A stretch of 64,000 nt of DNA, taken from Heptranchias perlo (taxonomy: Eukaryota). The position numbers and the translations under genes are program-made. Under the pieces are notes generated by a model, which was not told where the DNA came from, searched no databases, and worked only from the letters and a program-made list of their open reading frames with translations. Positions 1 to 13,517 of this stretch are shown in pieces. Position 1 is the stretch's first letter; each line of letters begins with the position of its first letter. Location: contig NC_090367.1 in NCBI RefSeq assembly GCF_035084215.1, positions 1,922,001 through 1,986,000 of the forward strand, in the 5' to 3' direction.

Positions 1-207
1 AAAAATACAATATGCTTTTTACTTTAATATACACAGGACACATTACTTGGCAATAATTAACTGCTGATTATCCCTCGACTAACTTGCAATAAATGTGCTA
101 CAATCATTGCTCCTTGGTGTGGACATAGATATTCATAAACAGGGCGAGCACTGGCTGTTGCTATCAGAACCAAATCCCTCCCACATGAATTTCACTGAAA
201 TTATTAC

Positions 208-572
208 ATAATGAAGGGTTTTGATCGGAAAAACTGTTTACACTGGCGGGGGGTCGATAATCCCGAGGACACAGATTTAAAGTAATTGTCAAAAGACCCA
301 GAGGGGGAGATGAGGGGAATGTTTTTTTACGCAGCGAGTTGTGATGATCTGGAATTCACTGCCTGAAAGGGCGGTGGAAGCAGTTTCAATAACAACTTTC
401 AAAAGGGAATTGGATAAATACTTGAAAAGGAAAGATGTGCAGGGCTATGAGGAAAGGACAGGGGGAGTGGGACTAATTGGGGAGCTCTTTCAAAGAGCCG
501 GCACAGGCACGATGGGCCAAACGGCCTCCTTCTGTGCTGCATGATTCTATTAGACAGATTATGATTCTATGA
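208..572 (+). mobile_element. CR1 LINE 3' fragment
   Basis: WNSLPE...FKRELDKYL; ends in ATTCTATG-type tail. Confidence 0.85.
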
Positions 573-859
573 GTGGTTTCAAGCTTTTAATTTCATTTTT
601 TTAAACCAGAAAGCTTGATATCAATCTATTACTGCCTGATTGATTCTGTCTTCTCTCCTACCCTTTCCAACTTTGGTGGTGTCTTGCAAAATGAACTTGA
701 CCTTTCAACTAAGCATCTTAATTTTTTAAAAATTGAATTTGAGGGTTAGGATGGTGGTTATAAAGTGCTGGACTGGATGCGTGCCTCGTCACCATTCAAT
801 GATCCAGCAGTTTCCACACGGATCATGTCGTGATCTGAAATCAATACAATGTGTACCAA

Positions 860-1378
860 CACATAGTAAAACGTCCCAAGACGCTTCGCAGGAGCAATTA
901 TCAAACAAAATCTGACTCGAGCTACATAAGCAGAGATTAGGACAGGTGACCAAAAGCTTGGTCAAAGAGGGAGGTTTTAAGGAGCGTCTTAAAGGAGGGG
1001 AGAGAGAGGCGGAGAGGTTTAGGGAGGGAATTCCAGAGCTTAGGGCCCAGGCAGCTGAAGGCATGGCCGCCAATGGTGGAGCGATGGAAATCGGGGATGT
1101 GCAAGAGGCCAGAATTGGAGGAGCGCAGAGATCTCGGAGGGTTGTAGGGCTGGAGGAGGTTACAGAGTTAGGGAGGGGCAGAGGCCATGGAGGGATTTGA
1201 ACACAAGGATGAGAATTTTAAATTTGAGGCACTGAAGAACCGGGAGCCGATGTGGGTCAGCGAGCACAGTGGGTGGTGGGTGAACAGGACTCGGTGTGGG
1301 GTACGGGCAGCAGAGTTTTGGACGAGCTCACGTTTGTGGAAGATGGAAGATGGGAGACCGGCCAGGATAGCACTGGAA
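860..1378 (-). mobile_element. L2-type LINE 3' fragment
   Basis: Same 3' sequence as copies at 23535-23880 and 35820-36075. Confidence 0.75.
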
Positions 1379-1761
1379 TATAACTATTAATGTCCTTAAT
1401 GAGAGTATTCTCGGAGTCCTGCATCCTCACAGCGTTGAAATGAAGACTCAAAGCACTGTCTCCTACATAAACCCATTCTTTCCGAAGACCAAAAAACTGT
1501 GGGACTTCTCATCTCCCTCAGTCGTCTCTCCCTGCTACAAATTGACAGGCTTTTAAAAACCAAGTTGCACCTTCCTTCCTGATTAATCTTGGCTTTCATC
1601 CTTTTGTATTCAATGGGACACGGGGGTTTCACGGTGAAATGAAATTAAAAATAATTGATGATATCTGCAAAATCTGCTGATCGTGACTCCAGATAAAGGG
1701 TTAGTACATTCATGAAAATTCACCAACAATTCTTTGCTTCGCCTGGAAAAGAAGTGGAAAG

Positions 1762-2050
1762 CATGGTGCCATGGGGGTAACAAAGCATTGCCCCCACAGT
1801 GAAGTAGGACCTAGGCACGATTCGTGCCCTCGATCCGTACTCGTTGAGTGCTTGGGTCTTGGCTGTGCTGTCAGGAGGAGGTATACTGAGGGGGGTAGCC
1901 GGGGGCTGCACCGACAGAAAGGAAAGGGAGCATCATCATGGGAGGACTCGCAAGCTGCCTACTGTCGGCTGGTTACAGAGTGGCACTGCCAGAGGACGGG
2001 GCCAGGGGCCACCTGTCCTCCCAACCGCAGCTGTTGAACGCTATATAAGA
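1762..2050 (+). mobile_element. Probable old tRNA-derived SINE
   Basis: A/B-box-like head (TGGGGGTAA...GGCACGATTC), GC-rich body, CGCTATATAA tail. Confidence 0.4.
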
Positions 2051-2269
2051 GAAAAAACCCCATCATACTCTCATTAAGGAAAATGAGGAGGGGAAATCAT
2101 TTAAACAGGTAGATTACAACCGGATCGTATGTTCCCATGTAACACAAATACTTCTAAAAATATAAATAAGCATTTTAAAACAAAACAATTGTTTTTAAAA
2201 AAAAACTCAGTTAAAATAGTGGACGATGGAGTTTCGATTTGTGTTTTTTTTTTAAAAAACCAAGGGTAT

Positions 2270-2420
2270 TGGATGTACTTTACGTGGAGAGACTAGAGAA
2301 GCTGAGTAGAAGGGGAGAAAATTAAAGGGCACTGGGAAAAGAGAAGGGGAGTGGGGTTAACTGGATAGTTCTTTCAAAGAGCCGGCACAGGCTCCCTCTG
2401 TGCTATCAGATTCAATGATT
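2270..2420 (+). mobile_element. CR1 3' fragment
   Basis: CTTTCAAAGAGCCGGCACAGG shared with 208-572 and 36340-36500. Confidence 0.7.
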
Positions 2421-3699
2421 TTACAAACTCATCTGTTCTAGCACAGTTGCATATATGTGTCCCATATACCGTGAAAATTGCAAGGAATCGACCAGAGTTC
2501 ACTCCAACAACCTCAAACTTATAAACTTCACTCCTACACAGTCTCAAAGTTGCCCTTACCAGTTTCCACAGAATCTGGGTTCTCCTGATTCCAGTTGTTA
2601 AAAGTTCAGATAGCAATATTTGTCGATAATAAACCTTTCTCTTGTGCTCGCTTCCACACCCCTCGCTTCTGATCTTGCTCGCTCTTCTGCAGGGCGTAAC
2701 CAAAGGTTTCAAACTGCGAACAGTTTCCGTTGAGTAAGAATATCGAGTCACACTTCTGCTGTTGGACAAATAGACACCTACCCGGGTTGAGAGAGGCCAT
2801 CAAGATCCAGGGCTGACTTTTCTCCAGATCATACCGAATCCAAAACAATGCATGCACTTTGCAGAGCTCGCTGCATCAATGCATATAGTAAATCCAGATT
2901 TCTGCAGTGGCAATCTCTGCATACTGCATGCAAGAAGTGTGCAACTTGACTAGTGAGTGTGCAATAATGCATAGGCGTGCTGTGGCAATCCATATATGTG
3001 AGGCTGTGTTTTTAAAAAAAATACCTCTCGGGCTGCTTGTATGTGATTACAATCCCTGTCTATTTGCCTGCGAAACTCTCACCCCTCCTAGTTTGGCTAC
3101 CCTTATACTCACACTCAGATCCTTTTTTTTCGTTGTAAATTTGTTTAAAGCTGAGATTTTTCTTTGCTGAGAATCGCGGTAAAGGTTGGGACTTGTAAAA
3201 AGGCCCTGTTTGAACACGTTGTGAGGGGTTATTAACAACAGTCACGATTGCCCGAGTGTGTGTGATGTGTAGAGGCTGCGGTATGCATGTTCTCGTCTAC
3301 AGCTAAAATAACTCTACACAACACTTGTAGTCTGCACACAAACAGGAGCAGACTGGCCTGTGTGTGCTGTGACACTCCTATTGGGGGAAAAAAGGTACAT
3401 AATCATTCACAGCTCCATTTCTTATACACAACGCGCTGTAGAGTATTTTCAAAGATCAGATAATTGACCAGCCAGCCTAGCTGACCTAGAGCTGGAACTT
3501 GAGACTATACATCATCTGTAAGTCATGCACTGACTCATGACGTTTTCACAATTGTTGTGTTGATTATTAAGAGGTGATTATATTCCTTTAAAACACTTTT
3601 AACGGGTCAGGGTGTAGGTCGTCATATTTGATTGCTTTGTACATAATGCCATTGATAACTGTTGGGATTGTGGTCACCATAAAGCCCTTGTCCAATTCC

Positions 3700-3890
3700 T
3701 TCCAATGACGTGAGGGGGAGGCCTTGCGTGATCCCATGAACCTGAGAGCTATGCTGGCAGGAGTTTAACTCCTGGAAGGGCCACCCAAGTCAGACAGGTA
3801 GAAAGACAGGAGCCTGACTAAAGGCAGTGCACTGGACCTCCTGGTAGAGGGCTGAGAGTCAGGCTAATGAAATGTCCAGGTAAAAATGCC
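3700..3890 (+). mobile_element. RTE-like 5'UTR remnant
   Basis: TGCGTGATCCCATGAACCTGAGAGCTATGCTGGC...GGGCCACCCAAGTC...CACTGGACCTCC...GGCTAA resembles RTE-clade 5' leaders (recalled, not searched). Confidence 0.45.
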
Positions 3891-5129
3891 ATTATGGAAA
3901 CATCCCAGAGACAAGACTGGACTGTTGCAGGCTTGCAAATGTAGACATCAACTGTGTTCTGTGGGATGTGAGACAAGATGATACTCCGATCGCAGTCAAA
4001 TATCTTGTTCTAGACAAAGAGGAAGAAATGGGTTGCCTCGTGTGCTGCTAGGCCCAGGAGACCCTAACTAACTTGTCCAATTACATAGAACAACAGGTCT
4101 CTGGGAGTTGTCACAAGGACATTTTCAGCCATTGTTAGCGTTACAGGTTCGAACAACCTCCACCATTTTATTTTTAAAAAATATTAAATTCCATTATTTT
4201 AATTTTCTTTTCCCTAATTGTCCTGGGTTTACCGCCCCTCCCAGGAGATTACATGGCTTTCGGGTGGGGGGTGGGGAGTGTACGTATTGTGATGTACAAG
4301 GCATCGCAGTTGTATGGGACAGGCTGGATGGATCAGAGGGTCTTTTACTGTCCATCGTTGTTTGTATAAAACCCAGTACAACACTCCGTATCTGCTGAGG
4401 GCGACTGCAGCCTTCACCTAGTTACGGATCCTTGTAGAAACAAAATTCTACTTTTGCTCTTCCCACTGACAAGGCGGCCGGATTCACACCAACTTCCCCC
4501 CCCCCCCCCCCACTTCCGAGTGGGATAGCACTTTCCCTCCACTCCACATCTCCCAGTAAGCCGGAGCTAATCTTAGGCACTAGACAGGGACAAACTCACA
4601 TCACAGCTGTTTTTCTAGCTTCTAATACTTGTGTATTTATAATAATTACTGTCATTGGTTAACTTACTAAGATCAGGAAGGGTAAGGTTCTGCCAACTCA
4701 TGATTTAGTATATCTGAGCAAAACGGCTTCCTGTTTCTCCTGTCCATTATTCCTAATATTCCTCCCAAAAACCAATTGTGAATATTTATTTCTCCCAACT
4801 AGGTTCCTGTCCCTTCCATCCTCTTTATCCTGTTAGTGCTACAACGGACAACCATTCGTATCGAGACACTGAGGCCTATTTCCTGTGCACTGCCTACACA
4901 GGAAACTCTTAGTTACTGTTATATGACCAGTGAGCTGTGGCTTTGAACTTTTGTTCCTGTTGCTTGGCTGAAGGCTCCCCCAACAGACTGACATTTCTCT
5001 GCCTCCTGGCATGCCAAGAAAGGGGTTTCCCCACCAACTGCTTTCAACCCCATCTGTTCTGTGGCCTATTTTCACAGAAGTGATGCTGAATGGTTATAAT
5101 GAGGGCCAGTGCCAGTGTGTTGGTGTCTG

Positions 5130-5585
5130 CCGTGACTCAGTGGTACCACTCTCGCCTTTGAGTCAGAAGATTGTAGGTTCAACTCCCACTCCAGACACCC
5201 GAGCACAAAATCTAGGTTAATGCTCCTAATGCAGTACTGAGGGAGCACTGCACTGTCAGAGATGCTGTCTTTTGACTGAGACGTTACACCGAGGCCCCGC
5301 CTGCCTTCTCAGGTGGATGTAAAAGATCCCATGGCACAATTTCAAAGAGCAGGGGGAGTTCTCCCCCATGTCCTGGCCAAAATTTATCCCTCAACCATCA
5401 TCACTAAAACAGATTATCTGGTCATTATCACATTGCTATTTGCAGGACCTTGCTGTGTGCAAATTGGCTGCCGCGTTTCCTACATTACAACAGAGGCTAC
5501 ACTTCAGTAGTACTTAATTAGCTGTAAAGCACTTTGGTGCGTCCTGAGGTCGTGAGAGGTGCTATATAAATTTGAGTCTTTCTTT
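5130..5585 (+). mobile_element. Full-length Deu-domain tRNA SINE (SacSINE1/AmnSINE1-like)
   Basis: tRNA head GACTCAGTGG...GGTTCAACTCC; Deu core AAAGATCCCATGGCAC...GTCCTGGCCAA; GCTATATAAAT tail. Confidence 0.8.
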
Positions 5586-5594
5586 TTAACCAGT

Positions 5595-5845
5595 GCACTG
5601 CTTTGACCTGGATGGTGTCGAGCTTCTCAAATGTTGTTGGAGCTGCTCCCATTCAGGCAAGTGGAGAGTATTCCATCACATTCCTAACTTGTGCTTTGTT
5701 GGTGGTGGAGGGGCTTTGGAGTCAGGTGAGCCACTTGCCACAGAATATCCAACCTTTGACCTGCTCTAGTTGCCACAGCATTTAGGTGGCTGCTGCAGTT
5801 GAGCTCCTAGTCAATGGTGACACCCCTAGGATGTTGATGGTATTT
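5595..5845 (-). mobile_element. LINE RT fragment, same family as 41140-44180
   Basis: Matches 41560-41815 by eye. Confidence 0.75.
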
Positions 5846-6580
5846 ATTTCAAAAGCCTCAAATCCTTGAAAAACGAGCTTCCTGTGCTGCTTAGATCATC
5901 CTGTAGAAGTTTGTGCTTGGACAGACAGCAATGTTCTGGAAGACTGCATTGAGAATTTTCCTCAAACATGACATCCACCACCTCATCATCCATGCAGGAT
6001 GGTACTCCCATTCATGCAGTCACTGGAGCAGGGCTTTCAAGATCTTGCTACCTCTTGCAGCTTCGGACTACCAGTTTTAAACAAAAACAAGGAGGCCGAG
6101 AAGCCAATTGCAATGCAAATACCTCCCCTCAAGTGACATTTCGGAAGGATGTAACAAATTCAGATGAAATGGAGTTCCCCTTAAAATATAGGAAACATGG
6201 ACTTTTCATGGCAAATAGAATACTTTAATCGTGATGCTACAACTGACCTCAATGCCCGTCACCACCACCCACCCCCTGAATTTTGAGTGGGGGGGGGGGG
6301 GGAAATCCAGCTCCTGATGACCACACTTATTTCAAGGCTCACAAGAATGGTCATTTGGGAAGGTACCCCAGGAAGTCTATGGAAATATATCCCAGGAAAA
6401 GCTAGCACTTTTGGGAGAGGAAGGAAGGAATTTGGAGGAAATATTTTGACTAGAGCTCCCATTTTAGATGGACAGAGGTAAGAGGCGGTGAAAAAGCAGA
6501 AACAATATGGTATCAGTGTATACAATTAAGTACTTGCTATGGAACCAGTCATGCAGGCAAGCCATTCACCGGAGAGAAGT

Positions 6581-7028
6581 TTTATTAAATTTCAGGCATT
6601 GCAGAAATTTCTCTCAGTTGTTGAGGAAGAAGGGGGAAAAGAAGATAGGTGTTTCTCAACTTAAGGGGAAGTTTACACTAAAATTAAGTGTCACTACATT
6701 ATCTGTGAATTGCAACATTTATAGCAGCAGAAATTAATAAAAATTGACTAAAAATGTATAGTTGGATACAACTTTTTATTGCAACTCTCTGCATGCGATA
6801 AACTGCAAAATATCTGAAAACCCCGACATCTCTGCGGTTACTGCAAGGTGACAACAGCAGCAGAGATGCACATTTCACATTGTCTTCTTACAAATGAAAA
6901 AAATTAAAATTACAGAAAGTGCACAGGCTATAGGTTTGCACCAAGATCTTGCTAAATATCGTCAGATATCTAAATAATCAGATGTTACAAATACAAATTA
7001 AGATGAGATGCTGTACACGGTGTTTATT
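6581..7028 (-). terminator. STIP1 3'UTR candidate polyA signals
   Basis: AATAAA on the minus strand at 7023-7028, 6775-6780 and 6581-6586; which is used is unknown. Confidence 0.55.
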
Positions 7029-7124
7029 TTGGCTATTTTAATTCCCCCCCATCCCAAATCCCCAGAGGGTATGCTCCTGAAGAACTGTCCTAGTTTCATC
7101 TCTGCTGAAATTTTGTGATAGTCA

Positions 7125-7197
7125 TCACCGGATTGCAATGAGACCAACATCGATGAGTTTTTGAATCTTCTGGGCTATAACAGGATTCTTCAAGTGG
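7125..7197 (-). CDS. STIP1: STIP1 exon 14 (last coding exon)
   Basis: [23 protein letters not shown] then TGA TGA; the 14 exons sum to 1632 nt = 543 aa plus stop. Confidence 0.98.
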
Positions 7198-7481
7198 CTG
7201 GGGAGAAAGGAGAGGAGAGCAAGCATTAGTTGCACTGATATGACAGTTCAGCAACATAACAGAGTGCAAATTTGTCTTCCCTCCCCCATTTAAGACCAAT
7301 ACGGTGGGGTAGCACAATACCACACTGCAATAGAAATCTAAATGAACTACTTTACAGGTTTAGAAGAGTTGCTCATCAGCAATTATACTAGGCATGCTAC
7401 ATAAAGCGAGGCTCCAAACTCATACAGGACAGTCATGAATAAGATGCAACCAATTTTTGATAGGTTAATGCATGTACTCAC

Positions 7482-7654
7482 TCGCTTAGTGCCTGTGGGT
7501 CCTTCTGCATCTGCTCCAAGATCAGCCTCATTGCAGGGTCACTCATGATCTGCTGCACCTCTGGGTCACCCATGGCACGGCGTTTTACATCCTCCGGGGT
7601 ATCATTTCGGTTATACTGCATCATAAGGCAGCGCTGGTAGCCTTCAGAAGCTTC
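7482..7654 (-). CDS. STIP1: STIP1 exon 13 (DP2)
   Basis: [57 protein letters not shown]; 173 nt. Confidence 0.98.
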
Positions 7655-8368
7655 CTAAGCGAGTTTGGGAAAAAGTTATTTGTAGGATTGTTTTGATCAC
7701 AGTAACTCCTGGTTACTGGATGTTGCCTAGCAATGTCTGCATGTTGATGCCATTAGAACTGTCCATGAAGTATGTGCTCCACATTGACAATGTCAACACT
7801 CCCCACATTTCCAACTGTACACTTAGGAATTGTCCCACCCCCAAGTTATGGGAAAAGTTCTAAGTGACTACAATTGTTAGCTTGTCAGAGTACTGCAGCC
7901 CCAACAGTGTCACAACTTCCAAAACGGTCACCTAAACTAGTCCACTAGCTTGGTGGAGAACTTGTATTTTCCTGAATGTGTCTTATTGGCTGTGTTTTGG
8001 GAGGGATGGGTCCAATGCTGTTTTACCACTTGTGTCCTTGTCAGAGAGACAGACTGTTTATGCACAGGGCATGGAATCAGCTCTCAACCATCAATCCACA
8101 AAAAGAGGATTGCTTGTTCACCAGATCCTCACTTTTCACTTCAAGCTCTGATATAACTAAGGAGGAGTGTCCTGGATTGCAACCCTCTGTATAAGACATT
8201 AATGCTACCCCTTCTCCTTACCCACAACAACCGTCCTCTATCTCCCATAAGATCACCACAAACTACTTGATTGAAGTCTCTCCAATCTATAATGCTCTCC
8301 TTAGATTTTTACATCATAGCCTTCGAACAGAACCAGAAGAGCTGAAATCAAAGATGATCCAATCATAC

Positions 8369-8472
8369 CTTGGAGTTAGAGTCCAGCTCAAGTGCTTTCT
8401 GATAAACATCCATGGCTTTTGAGAAATCCTTCAAGGCTTCGAGGGCTGCTCCTTTTCTTGTGTAACCCTTAA
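8369..8472 (-). CDS. STIP1: STIP1 exon 12
   Basis: [35 protein letters not shown]; 104 nt. Confidence 0.97.
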
Positions 8473-9615
8473 CTATAATAAGGTAGAGTGTTTGAATTAG
8501 ATTCATTTGCAACATTCTATACCCAAACTACAGACAGCCTCCCTTTCAGAGACAAAAAAATCTAAACAACTGGATTTTTATTTCTGCATTAATTAGATGT
8601 GCAAATCAAAAGGTTTGCAGGGAACCAGATTTTGACACACTGACTGCCATTCTAACTCCACTGTGCTCAGCACACCTGTTATAAAACTATATGATAAATA
8701 GCATCTAGGTTACTGTCTTACTAATCTTGCGATCCAGTCACTCAACGGGATTATTGCCGGTTACTCAATGCCAGTCTCAAATGTATCGCATATTCAGTGT
8801 CTCCTCATTCCCCCTCACCAGTAATCAAAGTACAGCCCTTGCCAAGAAATGTCTGATCTAGCCTCTAACTGGTATGCATTCAGCCCTGGATGAATCTCAT
8901 ACTGTTTTACCTGTGAGGACCTTAATGCTGCCACTCAGCGCCTCCCCATCATATGACAGGAGGTTTTAATTTTGATATTTTAATGCTGCAGTTTGGGGGG
9001 GGGTTTCAACATTGAACTGTCTCTGTGCACAACTAGTCTCTAACCTAGCAGCTTGGGGTGAGGAAGTGGGGGGGGGGGGGGGAATTATGACCCAGGTATA
9101 TTAAGAAGTACCTGATGTTGAGAAGGCAGAAAGATAAACGGCTGCTACAGCTTTTGAGGAATTTACATTTGACTTCAACATCCCTGGATAGGGAGGAACA
9201 AATAGCAAGAACGCTAACTGGCAAACTCTGCTACAAATGCATGTGTGTGAAGGCAGGACTAGACTTGGCTATGAGAACACTGGTGAGGTACCAGAGAGTT
9301 ATCAATGCTATTCCAGTAGAGGAAGAAATTGGCAATGAGAAAAATCCATATCAAAATATACAGACAAAATGTCTTTGAAAGAAGTTTTTAGAGGTACATC
9401 TTTTGTTACAGTCATAAATTGTAACATAGCAACAGGTTAGACTTTAATATTTAAAATAAGTGCTGTAATCCACCAATAGGACTTCTACCTGCTCCCTCCC
9501 AACAAAAATTAGTATGAATTTGGGTTGACAAAGTTTGACAAAATTTACATAGGCTGAGTTTAAGAATCAATGCAAAACAGACCGATTATCCCATAACAAA
9601 ATCTGAGCTACTTAC

Positions 9616-9652
9616 GGAATGTGGGATCAAGTTGGATACAATCCTCACAGTC
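9616..9652 (-). CDS. STIP1: STIP1 exon 11
   Basis: DCEDCIQLDPTF; 37 nt; acag/GTAAG. Confidence 0.95.
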
Positions 9653-10243
9653 CTGTAAGCAGAGAAGAGAAAAGGCATCTTAAATTATTGCCAGTTACAG
9701 GCTCAAATAACTACTCATGCATGATTCATAAATCAAGACATACGGGGGATTAAAATGCCATCATTTGATGAAAAATATGAGTGAATATTCTAACTGGAAA
9801 AGTTAATGATTTTCATATATTACCTGGTTAATAAAAAGGCAGTGATTAAATTACTTATGGTGGAGGGGGGGGGGAAAGGGAGAATAAAATTCCATTGGCC
9901 CATTATTTAAAACTGGAAAGAAAAAAAAGTCAGATTGCAAAAATTGGAAATTTATTTTATAATCACATTGACCTATAGCAGTGGAAATTCCACACTTTTT
10001 CTGACTAGAACTAGTGTCTTCAAGACCTATAAATATATTTTATAACAAGGTAGTTATAACCTCAATATTATGACGACGTTAGGGAAAGTTCCCAACGACC
10101 GAATAATACTTCATAAAAAATAGCAGCATTGAAAGTACCTATATTTCAGGTTTAAGCTCTGAATCTATTTGAATAGGGATTTCAAAACTCATGTTATTCA
10201 TCCCCTAATCTCCACTTTATTACAAGTTTGTGTTCAGCACTTG

Positions 10244-10425
10244 GAAAATCAGCAGCCTCCATTAGACTCCTACTTAGAGGAAGTTAGAAAATCCATTTTC
10301 ATTCCCATCCTACCAACCACATCACAGCAGTAATCATTGCTGGATTATTGTAGTCAGTAGGACGTGAATGAAAATGGTTTTTCTAATCCCTCTAAGTAGG
10401 AGTCTAGTGGAGGCTGCTGATTTTC
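10244..10425. repeat. ~182-bp near-perfect inverted repeat (hairpin)
   Basis: 10244-10304 is the reverse complement of 10366-10425 with few mismatches; inner region also pairs. Confidence 0.9.
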
Positions 10426-11204
10426 ATTGGATGCAGATGAATAATGGTCAGCTTTTCAAAACAAAAAGCGTTGAGTGGCTTTTTTCTATTCCACTGCAGC
10501 TAGCTGGGTGTCAAAGGCAGTTATTTGAAGATCAAAATATAGTCCATTAGCTAGAATGACAGATTGCCAAATTGAAATTTGCATTCTGGCTTCTAAAACA
10601 GGCAAGTTTCAGCTGACATGTTGGGTGCAGTAGCTTTCCATCACCTCATATGTATGCTTCCCAACCAGTCACTCACCAGAGCAGCATTGTTTGCATTTGT
10701 AGACTATATTTTCACTTGGGACATATGACTTGTCCTGGGTTAGGAAGGAAAAAAGAAAACCCCAACCAGAATTTCTGCTCCTGATCGATAGCCAGTGATC
10801 ATTGCTGGAAAAGGTGCACGTGTCAATGTTGGTTGAAGAAACAACTGGGCTCGGTTGTGATGTCTCTTTCCTAATCCCAATAGTTGAACACTGCTAAGGC
10901 TCAGATGAAAAATGGGCACTGGTACCATATCCCGCCAAGAATCAGCAACCTCCAGAAAACAAAAAGTGAAAAGATCGTCCCTTCAAAATTTCCTCCTCAC
11001 CTCCCCTAATTGTGCTGACACTTACTGCCCTCCAGTACTTGCATCCAAGTTAGGATTCAAGTGTGAACCTTGATACAGAGCGTGCCTACAAGCTATCCAA
11101 TCTAGGTTAGGTATGGAAAGGACACAGTCGAGCCAAATCTCGCCCTTACCCAAAATCCACATACACCTGTCCTCCCTCTCCAGCCAAGATCAGCTAATTA
11201 TGTA

Positions 11205-11530
11205 GATTTACATAGAATCTAGAGCATGGAAACAAGCCATTCGGTCCAACTGGTCTATGCCGGTATTTATACTCCACATGAGCTTCCTCCCATTCTAATG
11301 ACCTCTCCTGCCCCTGTATCCCACTATCCCCTTCTCCCTCATGTATGCATCATACCTGCTCTTAAATGCTATCTATTTCAACCACTTGAGTTCCATATTC
11401 TCACCACTCTCTGCGTAAAGAAATTCCTCCTAAATCCTTTATTTGTTCTGTTATTGGCCATCTTGTATTTCTGCTCCCTTGTTCTGGACTCACCCACAAG
11501 TGGAAAAAGTTTCTTCACATCCACCTTATT
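11205..11530 (-). mobile_element. CR1 3' fragment
   Basis: KLFPLVGESRTR...FFTQRVVRIWNS. Confidence 0.8.
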
Positions 11531-11655
11531 GAGCACAGACCAGGGATTAAACCAGAGATATTCCTGATCTGCATTACTCAGCTCCATGCGGCGCAGAAAA
11601 CTTACCAACTGTGCAGCTGGGGGAAGTTCAAGATTAACTGTTCTAAAAGCTTTTA

Positions 11656-11832
<177 letters not shown>

Positions 11833-13420
11833 TTAGATACCAAATGCAGTTTAATTCATACAGAAGCAATTGCGCATCATCCAGGATCTGTACAGACACG
11901 TTATAATCCACAGTCTCCAATCATGGATGGTGTGGATGAGATTTTGCCAATTATAAACGAGGTCTAACAATTTAAAGAAATACTTCAGGTTTGAAAGCTT
12001 CTATTTAGAACATGCTCGTCACACGTATCATCATCCAGTCTACATGTAAAAAAAAAAATCAGATGACCTCCCATTGCTTTATAAAACAAATAGCAAGTGT
12101 CTCAATGTTAAATAGAAGTGGTTTTCCCATTGAAGTCAAGCAACAAGAACATTAGACCAGTCATTCAGTTTCGCAACAGCACAAATGCCCCTCTTTCTCA
12201 CTGCCCATCCCATCCAATCACAGCACGGGAAGTACTCAACTCCAAACCAAGTCATCAATGAATGAATGTAAGCTATTGCAGTAAAGAGCAATCTCTATTA
12301 TTTTAATGGATTCGCTGCCCATTCTCCATCCTGCTATCACCCGTTCCCATTTGGCAGTGGGGCGGTCAGGAGCAGGAAAGATCCACTAGCGCCCTCTTGT
12401 TATTTCTAGGATTATCTGATGGAAGTGATGACAGACGGTGAATATGTCTGTCCCTATCTGGGCGAACATATTCAAATAAAATAATTCAATGAAGGAGGAA
12501 TGTGTCAACAGACATATTTCCCATTATTAACACCGTAGCAAATCTAGGTGTCAGGATCTCAGTGTCTAGCATTGCTAAGTTGCAAGGGCAGGTCAAAATC
12601 AGAGAGCCATCTCACAGTGAAATCAATCGATTGCAGTAGGCATTTCCCAGTCTTGTGGTTCACTGGACAAGCTACATTGCAGCAGGTCCTGTAGCCATTT
12701 CCCTCTCCCTCCACCCAATGTGGATGACCTGGTGGCATTAGAAATACTGGGAGCCTGCCAAATAAAATTTAGATGAGCTTGACCCCAGGTTCTTGCCGGA
12801 TCAGAAATTCTAGGCTTTTTAGCTGTGGGATTCCAACAGAACCTGTTTGAATGCCCCAAGTGGATTGGAATTTCACTTTGCTGCTCAGTGCAACACCTGA
12901 ACCAAACCACTGTAGTTTTGTTAGTCTTGTGAACACATTCCAACTTAAATGAAAAACACAAGTTGAAACGGGTTTAAAAAAATTCTGGGCAAGGTGAACA
13001 CACTTTCATGGTGGAAAGTCAGAAACTTTTATGCATTCAACAAATTGCTATAAAGAACTGGAAAAAAAGTTGAAAACAAAAGCACAGATGTATCACAATG
13101 AGAGGTACAAAACTAAGCATCACCAAAACTTGGCAGGTATGCAAACTTTCAGGTGAAAAAGCCAGTTGGGATAAATTTTAAAATACAGATATTTGTTAAA
13201 AAAAAATCACTGACATTGAACTTGTTTTCTAGACACTGATGCAGTGTTGGGGTTCTGTGGCAGCACCCTCCAGTGCCAGAATATTGCTACTACAGGATTA
13301 CGTCACTTCAATTTAATAAAACTTTGAACATAAAGATAAGTCAATCATTTCTGGTACTGGTTACACTCCTTTCCACCTGCATTTAAACACATGCAGAGCT
13401 TAAACTTAGTGTGACGTTAC

Positions 13421-13517
13421 CATGCTGAAAGAACTCATTGCCTTTGCTTTTTTCCTCAAGGGCGAGCTCAGGATTAAAGTACGCTGCCCGCTGCTCATCT
13501 TTCAGGATCTTCTCAGC
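13421..13517 (-). CDS. STIP1: STIP1 exon 9
   Basis: [32 protein letters not shown]; 97 nt. Confidence 0.97.

Noticed and set aside
2374-2769. 131-aa minus-strand ORF
   Set aside because: No recognisable homology; ends inside a CR1 fragment
5130-5200. tRNA gene
   Set aside because: tRNA-derived SINE head that continues into the Deu domain
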